Source: an uncultured Holophagales bacterium (GTDB taxonomy: Bacteria > Acidobacteriota > Thermoanaerobaculia > Multivoradales > UBA5704). Taken from it: a DNA stretch of 64,000 nt. Under the pieces are notes generated by a model. It had not been told where the DNA came from, did not search any database, and worked only from the letters and a program-made list of their open reading frames with translations. Below, one piece after another: positions 9,086 to 19,362 of this stretch; position 1 is the stretch's first letter, and the number at the start of each line of letters is the position of its first letter. The position numbers and the translations under genes are program-made. The stretch covers positions 1 to 64,000 of the forward strand of contig CAWJGT010000022.1 of assembly GCA_963842525.1 (NCBI GenBank). Direction: 5' to 3'.

Positions 9086-10261
9086 ATGGCAAGGCTCACC
9101 AAGCGCACCGTGGACGCCCTGAAGGTCGAACCGGGCCGCGCCGTCATCGTCTGGGACACCGACGTCAAGGGCTTCGGGATCTCGGTCTCGCGCGGCGGCG
9201 TGAAGTCCTTCCTGCTGAACTACCGGGGAGCCGGCGGCCGGGAGCGCCGCTACACCATCGGAAGGTTCGGCGAGTGGACCGTGGAGACCGCGCGGGAGGA
9301 GGCCCGGCAGCTCAAGGCCGCCGTGGGCCGTGGCGAGGACCCGCTCTCCCAGCGGCAGGCACGGCGGCAGGCTCCTGACACGGTGCCCACCGTCGCCGAC
9401 CTCGCCGCTCGCGTCCTTTCCGAGCACTACTCCAAGAAGTCCGCCAGCTCGCGCCGGAACGCCGAGATCCTCTTCCGGCTCTACCTCCTCCCGGCCCTCG
9501 GCTCGCGGACCGTGGAGAGCGTGACGTGGCAGGATCTCGACAAGCTCCACCGGGACCTGGGAGCGAAGCGCCCCTTCATGGCGAACCGCCTGCTCTCCCT
9601 GGCTTCCAAGGCGTGGGCACTCGCTCAGCGCTGGCAGTGGTTCCCCCAGGACCGGAGCAACCCCGCCGCCCGCCACGACCGCTTCGCCGAGCCCCACCGG
9701 GGACGCGATCTCACCCGGGAAGAGCTGGGGCGTATTGGCGCCGTTCTCGAACAGGAAGAGGACACGGCGGCGGTCGCGGCGTTCAGGCTCTGCCTGTTCA
9801 CCGGAGCGCGGCCGGGAGAGGTGGTCTCCGCGCGCTGGGAAGATCTCGACGTCAAGGCCCGCACCTGGCAGCTCAAGGCGGCGAAGACCGGCCCGCGGGT
9901 GGTGATCCTGGGAGAGGCTGCGTTGGAGGTGCTCGCGGGCTTAAAGAAGCGTGGCCCGTGGGTGTTCGTTCGCCCCACCAGCGTCAACGGCGAGCCCCTC
10001 CCGAGCCTGCGCCCACTCTGGGAGCGTGTCGCGGCCCGCGCCGAGCTTTCCGCCGGCATCCGGCTGTACGACGCCTCACGGCACGCCTTCGGCACGGCGG
10101 CGGCCGAGCTGGGCGTGGACCGCGAGGTTCGGAAGCTCCTCATGGGCCACGCGCCGGGAACCGATGCTCACGACCGCTACAGGTCTACGTCGGAATGGCC
10201 GTGGTCTCCCGCCGGCATGCCGGGTTCGCCCTGCTCTGGGTGGGGATCACCTTGGTTCTGA
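9086..10261 (+). CDS. Tyrosine integrase with Arm-DNA-binding N-terminus; C-terminus probably replaced after the catalytic Tyr (~10180)
   Basis: MARLTKRTVDAL...VWDTDVKGFG...RRYTIG; TGARPGE, AKTG, YDASRH, LMGH, HDRY. Confidence 0.85.
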   Translation: MARLTKRTVDALKVEPGRAVIVWDTDVKGFGISVSRGGVKSFLLNYRGAGGRERRYTIGRFGEWTVETAREEARQLKAAVGRGEDPLSQRQARRQAPDTVPTVADLAARVLSEHYSKKSASSRRNAEILFRLYLLPALGSRTVESVTWQDLDKLHRDLGAKRPFMANRLLSLASKAWALAQRWQWFPQDRSNPAARHDRFAEPHRGRDLTREELGRIGAVLEQEEDTAAVAAFRLCLFTGARPGEVVSARWEDLDVKARTWQLKAAKTGPRVVILGEAALEVLAGLKKRGPWVFVRPTSVNGEPLPSLRPLWERVAARAELSAGIRLYDASRHAFGTAAAELGVDREVRKLLMGHAPGTDAHDRYRSTSEWPWSPAGMPGSPCSGWGSPWF

Positions 10262-10727
10262 ATGCTCTGATCGTCCCGCTGTCCGTCTCTGGATTGGAGG
10301 CGGTACCGGTCTGGCAAATTCTCGCCTCGCGCTCGCTCCGGGTGGCGTGGGGAGCGGGCCTCGGCGTGCTCTCCACCCTCTGCGTGTGTGGCTGTCTCTG
10401 GGCCGACGTTCTGCGCGAGGGCCCCGAACTCGGGCACTTGCTTGGCCGCATCGAGCAGGAGCAGGCTCGGCGCGAAGTGGCGGAAGCGCAGCTCGGCGCG
10501 CTGCGAGCGGAGGCTGAGCGCGCTGGCAGCGCCCGGACACTGCCATTCTCACGAGAGGGGATGGGCGCCTCTTGCCGTCGCCGGCTCTGGTACCCCGCGA
10601 AGCGTTCGGCCCGCTTCTGGACTGTCGCTCTGTTGTATACTCTTTGTCGCGAAATCTATGCAAGTCAGGGGAGCCCAGGTTAGGTTCTGAGGAAATTAGG
10701 TAGTCTCCTCATTCCAGGAGAAATAAC

Positions 10728-12257
10728 ATGCCTCTACCGATTCTGGTTACCGGTCCAACGTACGGCGCGATTCCGCATGGACAAACAGCCCCTTCGCCGG
10801 GCTCCAGCCCCCAGGCGATCGCCTTCGGAACGAATGACGATTTCTTTGCCTACCTCTTCTACAACACGCCGTCCTCCCAAGGAAATTATGACATTGTTAC
10901 ATATGTCTATAGTCCCGACGGAGCGCAGACTTGGTCAGCGGAACAACAGACGGAGGTCCCAGGCCTGGGCTTGATGAAAACGACTTCGGTAGCTCCCGTA
11001 GCTTTTGGCTCAACGCTGTACCTCTTCTACAACGGCTGGGGAAACAATGGGATTTGGGTCACAAGAGCCAGTTGGGTCGAAGCGAACCTCGACTCCCTGT
11101 CGTCGTGGAGTAACGGGTCGTCACTCGTCCAAAACGGTGCCACGGGGATGATCGTGCAGCCGGCTACCAGCCCGGCAGCAGTTGTTTTTGGCTCAACCCT
11201 TTATGTCTTTTATACAGGCACTGATGGCAATATCTGGTTCACCACCACCACGGATGGCACCAGTTGGACTTCGGCCCAGTCGACCGAGACGAACGGTGCT
11301 TCAGGAATGGATGGGCAGGCCGCTACCAGCCCAGCAGTCGTTTACGACGGCAGCACCCTTTATGTCTTTTATTTGGTAGCTAGTTCTAGCAGCATTGGCA
11401 TCTCGTTCACCTCCAGCCAGGACGGTAAGACTTGGGCCCCGGTGGCGTCGGTCGCCCCCGGTGGATTCCAAGATATGGAAATCACAGGTGGCACGTACCC
11501 AAGCGTGCTCTACCGCGATAACACTCTGTACGTTTATTATGTGAGTGGGGAAATCGAGAGTACGACCAACTCCATGGTTTATGCGAATCCCTATTACACG
11601 TGTAGCACGGACTCAGGTCTAAGTTGGGAAGAGCCTGTAATGGACAGTCAGATGATTACAGGGTGGCAGTATGGAGAAATCCCGCCAAGCCCTTGCGCCG
11701 TGAGTTTGTTCGATTTATTATACCTTTTCGTAAATTACGGGGGGGAGACGTTTTGGACCACCGAGGCAGTATTTGACCAGAGTGACACCGCCTCGGTTAG
11801 CCAATACTTTGGCCACTACCAATTCGTCCTTCAATACAGCGGCAACGCGGCTAGCGCCTTAGAACAACTGCTCCAAGAAAGCCCTGAGCAACCGATTCCC
11901 GTTCCCCTTAATACAACGTCGCCAACTTCGAGCCTACCCCCGGTAGATCCTTGGGAAGGAATAGGCATTTTCTTAGCGGTTGGAGGAGTGATTGTTGGAG
12001 CGATGCTTTGTTGGATTCCTATTACGCGTTATTACATGCGTGCTAGAGCCCGCCTCGGCCTTCAACCTCCTCAGGCTCCCTTACTCAGGTCCGCCGGCCG
12101 ATCCAGCGAGGCCGAGATACTACCGTCTGGCGGTTCTCGCGATACTGGCCTACGGCCGCGTCCTACCGGATCTGAGGGAGGATCTGCGGAGGCTCGTCTA
12201 CGGCCAGAAAACTCCTCAAGGTCTCCGAGAGCTCGCCCTGAAGGCCCTGATCCATGA
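10728..12257 (+). CDS. Repeat/beta-propeller protein (SPA.V....LYVFY...S.DG.TW repeats) with a C-terminal TM helix
   Basis: About 5 internal repeats, a hydrophobic segment GIGIFLAVGGVIVGAMLCWI, AGGAG RBS, and GC lower than the host. Confidence 0.7.
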   Translation: MPLPILVTGPTYGAIPHGQTAPSPGSSPQAIAFGTNDDFFAYLFYNTPSSQGNYDIVTYVYSPDGAQTWSAEQQTEVPGLGLMKTTSVAPVAFGSTLYLFYNGWGNNGIWVTRASWVEANLDSLSSWSNGSSLVQNGATGMIVQPATSPAAVVFGSTLYVFYTGTDGNIWFTTTTDGTSWTSAQSTETNGASGMDGQAATSPAVVYDGSTLYVFYLVASSSSIGISFTSSQDGKTWAPVASVAPGGFQDMEITGGTYPSVLYRDNTLYVYYVSGEIESTTNSMVYANPYYTCSTDSGLSWEEPVMDSQMITGWQYGEIPPSPCAVSLFDLLYLFVNYGGETFWTTEAVFDQSDTASVSQYFGHYQFVLQYSGNAASALEQLLQESPEQPIPVPLNTTSPTSSLPPVDPWEGIGIFLAVGGVIVGAMLCWIPITRYYMRARARLGLQPPQAPLLRSAGRSSEAEILPSGGSRDTGLRPRPTGSEGGSAEARLRPENSSRSPRARPEGPDP

Positions 12258-12629
12258 GACGTCCAACAAGCCCGATCTCTTGGCTGCCTTGGAGGACGTT
12301 CAGGAGAACATCCTTGACGACAGGCGGACGCTCGATGGCGAATGCCATGGAGCGGCGTGGGCCTGCGAGGGGGGAATGAAGGTGGAGCGGCTTCCTTACG
12401 CTTGCAGCGGCAGAAGCGGAGGGCAGAGGCGCTGGGGAGCGGTTTCACGAGCTGCGGGCCCAGCCCCTGTCTTCAGGGGTGCTTGGCCGACCTTCCCCGC
12501 TATCTGCGCGCACCTATTGGTTGCTGCGGAAGCCGCCTATACCGAGATTGAGATAGAGACTCGATTACCCTCTAGGGTCCGAGGAGGACAGACAGCTTGG
12601 GGCTCCGACCGAGCGCGCTGTTATAAGAC

Positions 12630-12989
12630 TCATGACGAATGTGCCGTACCAGCCGAGCTACTCGCACGCAAAAGGCCGCGCAGATCGTTGATTGCCTCAA
12701 GGAGGTCTCGAATCAGTTGTCTATCCTCTTCCAAGAGCGCACCCGCGGGGGCTGCCGGTGCCGGGGATGCTCCTCCCCAAGCTTCTCCTGATTTCCTGCC
12801 GGGCCGGCCCTTGCTATAGATGCGCTGAAAGATCTTGAGCGCGTTCCTGGGATAACGGCGTCTTCTTCCCTCCCCAACTGCCGGAATTTCAGCAGAATGC
12901 TCCTGAGCGTACTTGATGAGGGTCGGATAACTAATACCCGTCTTCCGCTGAATCTCCTTAAGCGAATACAGCTTTTTCGGTCTGGGCAT
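12630..12989 (-). CDS. Small HTH (MerR/excisionase-like) DNA-binding protein
   Basis: LYSLKEIQRKTGISYPTLIKY...GEGRRRRY; directly downstream of the integrase. Confidence 0.7.
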   Translation of the reverse strand: MPRPKKLYSLKEIQRKTGISYPTLIKYAQEHSAEIPAVGEGRRRRYPRNALKIFQRIYSKGRPGRKSGEAWGGASPAPAAPAGALLEEDRQLIRDLLEAINDLRGLLRASSSAGTAHSS

Positions 12990-13004
12990 CTCTCCCCTCA
13001 GATC

Positions 13005-13962
13005 TCACGCCGCCATCTCTAATTCTGCCGTCTGCAAAGAAGCAAGCTTCGCATGCCAAAGGGCAAGAGCCTCTTTGCGCTCCTTCCAGAATTCATAGAG
13101 GATATAGGTTCGCTTCAGGTCGTCCTTAGCGTGATTCAGCAGAGCTTCCCCGACTTCATCCCTGACACCTAGCATGGAAATATGGGTGCGACCACTACGG
13201 CGGAAGTCGTGAGGTCGGATGTCTCCGAGGTTCGTCAGCTTACGCAATACCCGATTCGCCCTCTTGAGCTGATGGGGATACTCCGTCTCCGTCTTGTACT
13301 CCCAAAAGAGCGGACCCTGTCCTCCAGCCTCACGATAGCGCCGATTGATAATCTCTCCGATGGGGCCGCTCAGCGGAATGAGAAAATCTCTACCGTTCTT
13401 GGTATCCGGAAGCCTCCATACCCGCTCGCCATTGACGAGGATCACGTCCTCTGCCCGAATTGACGCGGCCTCTCCAGGCCTGCACATCGCCGCGAGAACC
13501 AGGGTGTAAACATCTGCCGCCTTCTGGTCTTTCAGTTTCGGCAGACCGGCAAGAAGGGTTCTAAGCTCCGCATCGGTCAACCAACGATCCCGCTTGTTCT
13601 TGGGGACAGTGACCGGTACCCCTAGGCAGGGATTATGCCTGACTCCCTTCACGTGTGCCCTGCCGTAGCTGTAGGCGTAGGAGAGGACGTTCTTCACCTC
13701 CCGCACCATCTGAGGCGCGGTGCGGCAGATAGACCCCCTGCCCTCTCCTGCCACTCGGGTGCTCGCCGAAGTAGTGCCGCTTCTGGGCGGGGCGTCCGGT
13801 TGCCGTGATGACCGTAGGCGACCTGTACTTGATGAAGAAGGTCTTGCGCCCGTGGCGGGTGACACGAATCCCGGCCGAGGGGGTGACGGAATGTAGGATG
13901 TCCTCCTGGGTCTTGCCCGTTTTGAGGCTACGGAGGACGGCCTCGGTAAGTCTCTTGGGCAT
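13005..13962 (-). pseudogene. Tyrosine integrase with an internal deletion/frameshift near 13725
   Basis: The arm domain (MPKRLTEAVLRSL...GRKTFFIKYRSP) is in one frame and the catalytic domain (MCRPGE, DTKNG, HDFRRS, LLNH, Y) in another; the middle region is missing. Confidence 0.8.
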
Positions 13963-14253
13963 GCTCTGGTCTCCTGTAGTGGACAGGCAAAGGGAACCTA
14001 CAGGGAACCGGAACGCATGTCAAGAATTATACAGCCTGCTCATCGTTGAGACGGATCGAGACGCCCAACTATAAGACTATGAATAAGTTAGGCAATGAAC
14101 CGAGACCGCATGACATCCCGTGCAACGAACCAATACAGATCACTACCACTTACCGGGAGAGGGGGGACGAAGAGGAGGCTTCAGAGACGGAGCCGTAGCT
14201 TTGACTCCTCTTCGGCTCCGCATGTCGAAGCTGCTCTCTTGGTGTCGGGGCCT

Positions 14254-14901
14254 TTACGGCTCATTCCTCTTCCGCCAGGCACTGCTCCAGCGCCATGCCT
14301 CCGGCAGGCCGGCGAGTCCCGCCTTGACTGGGTTCTGCTCAATATAGGCGACGGCATTTGCAAAGTGCCGGTCATCGCGGATGAAACGGTCATGGTACTC
14401 GCGAAACCAGAGCTCGCCGCAGCGGCCCAGGATCTGGTTGGCTCTATGAGCGGTGTAGGACTTCCAGGAGTGCACAAGGGTCGCGAGAGGCCAATCCTCC
14501 TGCGTCTCGATGAGGCCGTGGACATGGTTGGGCATGACGCACCATGCGATCAGCCGATAGCGTTGGCCATCAAAATGCAACAGCGCATTTTCCACGAGAG
14601 CTGCGATCCGTTTGTCGCGAAGCCAGCAGGCACCGTGGCCGGCATCCTCGTAGCGGGCGATACGTTTGCGGATCTCGACATCCTGGGAGCTGGCGTCAGC
14701 ACGACCTTGGTGGGACAGCTCGGCTTTCCACGCTTCGAGCACAGTCTCGGGAACGGCGTCGTACAGGCGAATGGTGAGGGACTGCAAAAGCTGGGGTTGG
14801 TCGAAATGGGGGAGGTAACCTCGGGAGCGCCACGCGATTGAACGCGGCAAGGAAGAAGAGGCCGCTGAGGCGACGGCGCTGCCAGGCGAATGTCTGCTCA
14901 T
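14254..14901 (-). CDS. REP-associated tyrosine transposase (RAYT, Y1 HUH)
   Basis: RGYLPHFD, WCVMPNHVH, SWKSYTA, LWFREYHDRFIR, YIEQNPVKAGL, WRWSS. Confidence 0.85.
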   Translation of the reverse strand: MSRHSPGSAVASAASSSLPRSIAWRSRGYLPHFDQPQLLQSLTIRLYDAVPETVLEAWKAELSHQGRADASSQDVEIRKRIARYEDAGHGACWLRDKRIAALVENALLHFDGQRYRLIAWCVMPNHVHGLIETQEDWPLATLVHSWKSYTAHRANQILGRCGELWFREYHDRFIRDDRHFANAVAYIEQNPVKAGLAGLPEAWRWSSAWRKRNEP

Positions 14902-14982
14902 TGGTAGAGATGAGAATATACCGGGGCGGAGAAAAAGATGAGGGCGGTGGGCAACCCCGCCTCATCCATAGGCTCGTGAAGA

Positions 14983-15008
14983 GCCGGCGGGACGCCGGCG
15001 CTCCCAGG
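14983..15008. repeat. REP-like hairpin next to the RAYT
   Basis: GCCGGC-GGGAC-GCCGGC followed by GCTCCCAGG, about 80 bp upstream of the RAYT start. Confidence 0.55.
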
Positions 15009-15110
15009 GCCCGCCCTCCCGCCCCGGCTGATCGGGGTCGGTGGCCCCTCTCGGCCCCGTATTCCGCCTTGTCTCCTGACGACGGATCTTTCTCGAAAGG
15101 AGACGGGACG

Positions 15111-16511
15111 ATGAGTCAGTGGACGAGAGGGTTGACGGTGGTTCTCCTGGTCCTCTGCGCGCGCGTGGCGGTGGCGCAAGGGGATTGGGATCAGGCGTAC
15201 GGCAGCATGGGCAACAAGAGCTTCATGGCGGTGCAGACGAATCTCAGTCCGCGTCCGCTGTGGGAGCTCGAGCTCAACGGCCGCGTGGATTGGGGAGGGC
15301 CGGCGGTCGCCAACGACGGCACGGTCTACCTTGGCACCTCGAACGGGCACTTCTACCCGGTCGACCGCAATGGCACGCTGCGTTGCACGGTCACCTTCCG
15401 CGACGGCGTCTTCGACTCGACGCCGGCAGTCCTGCCAAGAGGCGACGTTGCGTTCCTGGTGCACCGGCAGATGGCGGGCGACACCATCGCCACCGAGCTC
15501 GCTCTGATCAGTCCGGATTGCCAGGTCCTTTGGACGGAGCGGCTGCCGGCCGGCACCGCCGGCGGCGTGGGTGGCTTCGGAGGAGGCTCGGTCAAGGTCT
15601 GGTCGAATATCGCCGCAACCTTCCTCTTCGTGCACGGCTACCTGACCAACGACCATCCGGACGTGACGGATGACGAGTACAGCCCGCACGAGCTGCTGGT
15701 CTATACGGACACAGGCGACCTCTTCGCCCGCCATCAGGTCGGCGGCATCTGCCTCGAGGGCGGTGGTAGTGACTGGCCCAGCCCCTGGGACATCTGGGAC
15801 TTCATCGCGGGCATCGGAGAGCCGGGGACCGTGCCGCCGCTCTATCAGCAGCTCGGGTTGCCCGGCTCGACGCCCGCGATCCTGGACGCACCGATCGACG
15901 GCTTCTCCTCCCCCGAAACGCCTTTGGTGGCGGTGACGAATTGGGGCCCCTGCCAGCCGCAGCTCAAGGTCCTGCAGTTCTTTCCGACGCTGCCGTTCGA
16001 CGATCGCCTGCAGGCCCGTTGGACGCGCAACGAAGACGGCAAGGCCGATCACTTTGCGTCGCCGGCCGTCCTGCCCGAAGGCAAGGTCGTCGTTGGCAGC
16101 ACATCGAAGTGGCTCCGGGTCTACGACCTCCAGTCGCGGTCCGTCGATTGCGACGTGCAGCTCGAGGGACCGATCACCCATCCGCCGGCCATGGGCGATG
16201 GCAGGTGGTTCGTCGGGGTCGAATACCACGTCAACATCGTGGAGCCGGACTGCGATCTCGCGGATACCAGGCGGCCGCAGCCCTATCCGATCGGCGGTAC
16301 GCTGAGCGCTCCGGCCATCGGCCTGAGCCAGGCCTTCGTGCCGAACTTCACCGGCTTCGAGATGTTCTCCTACGACCTCCGGGCCATTACGCATGCGCTC
16401 CAGAGCACGAGGTTCCGCACCGCCAATCCCGCCGTGACCGCGGAAGGCCGTGTCTACGTCATCGGCGAGGAATTCGGCGAGGGCAAGCTCTTCGCCTTCG
16501 GACGTCCCTGA
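15111..16511 (+). CDS. Secreted PQQ-like beta-propeller protein
   Basis: AAAGGAG RBS, signal peptide MSQWTRGLTVVLLVLCARVAVAQ, GDW motif, and PAV..DGTVYLG repeats. Confidence 0.75.
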   Translation: MSQWTRGLTVVLLVLCARVAVAQGDWDQAYGSMGNKSFMAVQTNLSPRPLWELELNGRVDWGGPAVANDGTVYLGTSNGHFYPVDRNGTLRCTVTFRDGVFDSTPAVLPRGDVAFLVHRQMAGDTIATELALISPDCQVLWTERLPAGTAGGVGGFGGGSVKVWSNIAATFLFVHGYLTNDHPDVTDDEYSPHELLVYTDTGDLFARHQVGGICLEGGGSDWPSPWDIWDFIAGIGEPGTVPPLYQQLGLPGSTPAILDAPIDGFSSPETPLVAVTNWGPCQPQLKVLQFFPTLPFDDRLQARWTRNEDGKADHFASPAVLPEGKVVVGSTSKWLRVYDLQSRSVDCDVQLEGPITHPPAMGDGRWFVGVEYHVNIVEPDCDLADTRRPQPYPIGGTLSAPAIGLSQAFVPNFTGFEMFSYDLRAITHALQSTRFRTANPAVTAEGRVYVIGEEFGEGKLFAFGRP

Positions 16512-16549
16512 GGGTCCTGGTTCGCCCGGCGGACAGTCTCACGGTCCGA

Positions 16550-17060
16550 CGGGCGATTCCGAAGGGCTTCAGAGTCTCCGGGAAGCCTTCCAGAAACTTC
16601 TCCAGGCGTCCAGAAGTTTCCGGAGCGCTTCCGGACGGTTCCGAAGCCTTGAAGAAGAATTCCGGAGGCCTTCAGAGTCTTCCGGAAGCGTTCCCGAAAC
16701 TTTTCCAAGCGTCCAGAAGTTTTCCGGAAGGCTTCCGGACAGTTCCGAAGCCCTGGAGAAGAGCTCAGGAAGGCTTCAGAATCTTTCCGAGGCCCTGGAA
16801 AAATTTTTGGAAGGCTCCAGAAACTTTCCGAAGGCCTTCGGAACTGTCCGGAAGGTCTTCAGAACCGTCCGGAAGCCTTGGAGAACCGTCCGGAAGCCTT
16901 CCTGAACCGTCCGGAAGCCCTGGAAAAAGTTTTGGAGGGCTTCAGAACTTTTCCGAAGGCTTCCAGCACTGTCCGGAAGCCCTGGAGAACCGTCCGGAAG
17001 GTCTTCAGAACTGTCCGGAAGCCCTTCCGAATCGTCCTTGAGCCTTCGAGATCTCCTCCG
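16550..17060. repeat. Degenerate tandem array with 7/21-bp period (TTCCGGAAG-rich)
   Basis: Recurrent CCGGAAG/TTCCGAAG/CAGAA units. Confidence 0.8.
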
Positions 17061-17100
17061 AACGCTTCACCATCGTCCCGAAAAGCAGGAAAAGAACCCG

Positions 17101-17766
17101 TCAACTGGTCTGCGCCTGCCCGAAGCGGAGCGAAGAATCCGTCCGCGCCTCCTGAAGATACTTCGCATACTCACGGACGGACTTGACCGTGAGCTGCTCC
17201 TGGCGGGCGGCCTCCTGAAAGAGCATGAGCGCTGCGACCGCCTCGCGGTGGACATCCTGCGCCAGGAAGATGGGAAAGATCTCCTCCGCCAGCCGCTTCA
17301 CATCCGCCACGCGCCCTTCCCGGACATAGAGTAGCGCAAGGTCCTCGATCGACACCATGGCCGCGTCATACCCGATCCCCTGGGCCATGAAGCCGTCGCG
17401 CACCGCCAGGAAGATCCGTTCGGCCTCCTCGCTCCGGCCGAGCCCGGCGGCAATTTTGCCCCGCAGCCACGAGAGCCGGAGCTGCGTCCAGGCCTCCGGA
17501 AACTCCCGATAGAGGCCCTCATCAAGGAAAAGCATCTCCGCCGCCTCGCGGTACTGCCCGTCCTCCGTGAGATAGCGCGCCAGATTGTACCGCGCGCAGA
17601 GGTAGAGCCGCGGGTCGTCCCCGGCCCGGAATGCCTCGAGAGCCGCGGTGGTGGTCTCGATGGCGGGAGTGATATCGCCGCGGTAGAAGTACATGAGCCC
17701 CAGAGTGATGAGAGCCCGCGCTGCCTCCACCTTGTCCCCGCTCAAGCGGTACAGCGTTGCGGCGCT
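17101..17766 (-). pseudogene. TPR-like helical protein, C-terminal part only
   Basis: ARALITLG...LSWLRGKIAAGLGR...YDAAMVS...VHREAVAALMLF; no convincing start or RBS; begins in frame right after the stop of the upstream peptide gene. Confidence 0.65.
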
Positions 17767-18081
17767 CTACCCGTCCGGGTCCATGATGGAGCCGAGATCA
17801 GGGCTGCTCTGGCTCTGGGGGCACCCGTCCGGGTCCATTCCGGAGCCGCTTTCACTCGGGCAGGTGCTGGCTGTCAGACCGTTGAAGCCCGTGCCGGAAC
17901 CAACTCGCTCGAATCCCAGCCAGGAGACGAGCTCACCGAGAGCCTGCCGGATCGTGGCAAAGAGACCGGCTGAGCCCGCGGCCGGCTGAACCCGGCCACC
18001 GGCCGCGACAGCCGGGACCGCTGCGAGTGTCAGAGTGAGAACGACAAGGAAGAGGGCGATACGGGATGAGCCATGGCGCAT
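17767..18081 (-). CDS. Small secreted protein with a duplicated C-terminal GS.MDPDG motif
   Basis: AAAGG RBS; MRHGSSRIALFLVVLTLTLAAVPAVAA signal; ...GSGMDPDG...LGSIMDPDG*. Confidence 0.7.
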   Translation of the reverse strand: MRHGSSRIALFLVVLTLTLAAVPAVAAGGRVQPAAGSAGLFATIRQALGELVSWLGFERVGSGTGFNGLTASTCPSESGSGMDPDGCPQSQSSPDLGSIMDPDG

Positions 18082-18720
18082 CGGGGGACCTTTCTGGAAC
18101 GTCCACCGCTCGCCTTCCGCCGCGGGAGGGAGGGGGGCGGTCCGCGTCCATAGAGATTGTCGGGGAAGGAAGGGCGGCGATCGTAGAAAGATTCTGCCAG
18201 AGGCGCCAGGAAGCCCTGAAAGTGCGGCCGTCTCGCCAGCCTCATATACGACCGGGGACTTCACACCACGCCCGGCAAGTCACTGAGCTGCCGAGACTTG
18301 AGCCCTCCCCTACGGCGCCTTCATGCCCGATCTTCCGCCGCAGATCGCTCTGCTGCACTTGGCCAGGGTTGGCCGGTGAACCCCCGCCTCCTTTAGGGTC
18401 GTGTCTAGGGTCGTGTCTTGTTCGGATCTTCCCCGGCCCGTCTGTCACCTTCCGCGTTTTCGGTGACATTGTTTTGGCTTACACCTTTTTGACGCGCCAA
18501 CATCCATGAGATGATCTCATTTTCCAAATCGCTCAGCGGAACGTGTCTCAAGAGGCCGAGAAGCACCGCAACCAACTGAAGGCAGTGCGGGGTTGCGGTC
18601 GAGGAGTAGATTGGCGTATCATTGCGTAAACCTCGACGGCGGGAGCGTCTTGGGGCCCGCTGTCCCAGGAGGCCGGCGAACGCCGCGTGCACGGGCACAT
18701 GTAGGCATACGTAATAGGCG

Positions 18721-19155
18721 ATGCGAATCTACATGGACAACTGCTGCTTCAACCGGCCTTTCGACGGCCAGACCCAGGCACGCATTCGGCTTGAGACGGA
18801 GGCGAAGCTGCGCATTCAGGAGCGTATTGCGGCTGGCGAGATCGAGCTCGCTTGGTCCTACATTCTGGACTACGAGAACGCGGCAAACCCCTTTGAGGAG
18901 AGACGGACAGTTGTCAGTTCGTGGAGAAGTCGGTCTGTCGTAGATGTTGCTGAAACCCCTGCGCTGCTGGAATATGCCAAGTCGCTGGTCGTTCAAGGGC
19001 TTCGCAGCAAAGATGCTCTCCACGTTGCCAGCGCAGTCGAAGCTTCTTGCGATTATTTCGTAACTACAGACGACATTGTCTTAAAGAAGCTCGCCAAGGA
19101 ATCGCGCATCATAGTGGTTGATCCGGCTACCTTTGTTAGGAGTACCGAACCATGA
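18721..19155 (+). CDS. PIN-domain toxin
   Basis: MRIYMDNCCFNRPFD...DALHVASA...YFVTTDD. Confidence 0.9.
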   Translation: MRIYMDNCCFNRPFDGQTQARIRLETEAKLRIQERIAAGEIELAWSYILDYENAANPFEERRTVVSSWRSRSVVDVAETPALLEYAKSLVVQGLRSKDALHVASAVEASCDYFVTTDDIVLKKLAKESRIIVVDPATFVRSTEP

Positions 19156-19355
19156 TTACAGACGAAGAACTGAAGGTGCAGGGAGTACGTGTACTGATTG
19201 CGGCGCTTGGGGATGTTCAGGCGGAGAGGTTTGTGAGCTTACTCACACGCGCACCGTTTGACTATACGAAATGGCAGGCAAGTCTTTGGCCGGATGTAGG
19301 AGTAGAAGAATTGAGCCATAAGGCGATGCGGATGCGTACTGATCTGGGTAAATGA
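19152..19355 (+). CDS. Putative antitoxin
   Basis: 67 aa, ATGA overlap with the PIN gene; G.VQAERF...DYTKW motif. Confidence 0.75.
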   Translation: MITDEELKVQGVRVLIAALGDVQAERFVSLLTRAPFDYTKWQASLWPDVGVEELSHKAMRMRTDLGK

Positions 19356-19362
19356 AAGAACC

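Noticed and set aside
9086-13962. Either tyrosine recombinase as the integron integrase
   Set aside because: Both have arm-binding N-termini of phage/island integrases, and I see no IntI-specific insertion or attI.
16550-17060. Possible CRISPR array (also considered for 45660-46090 and the WD40 repeats)
   Set aside because: There is no invariant 23-47-bp repeat with unique spacers and no cas genes; the WD40 repeats are coding.
18393-18418. Tandem TAGGGTCGTGTC duplication as an IS end or attI
   Set aside because: Only two 12-bp copies, with no partner end or transposase, so it cannot be supported.
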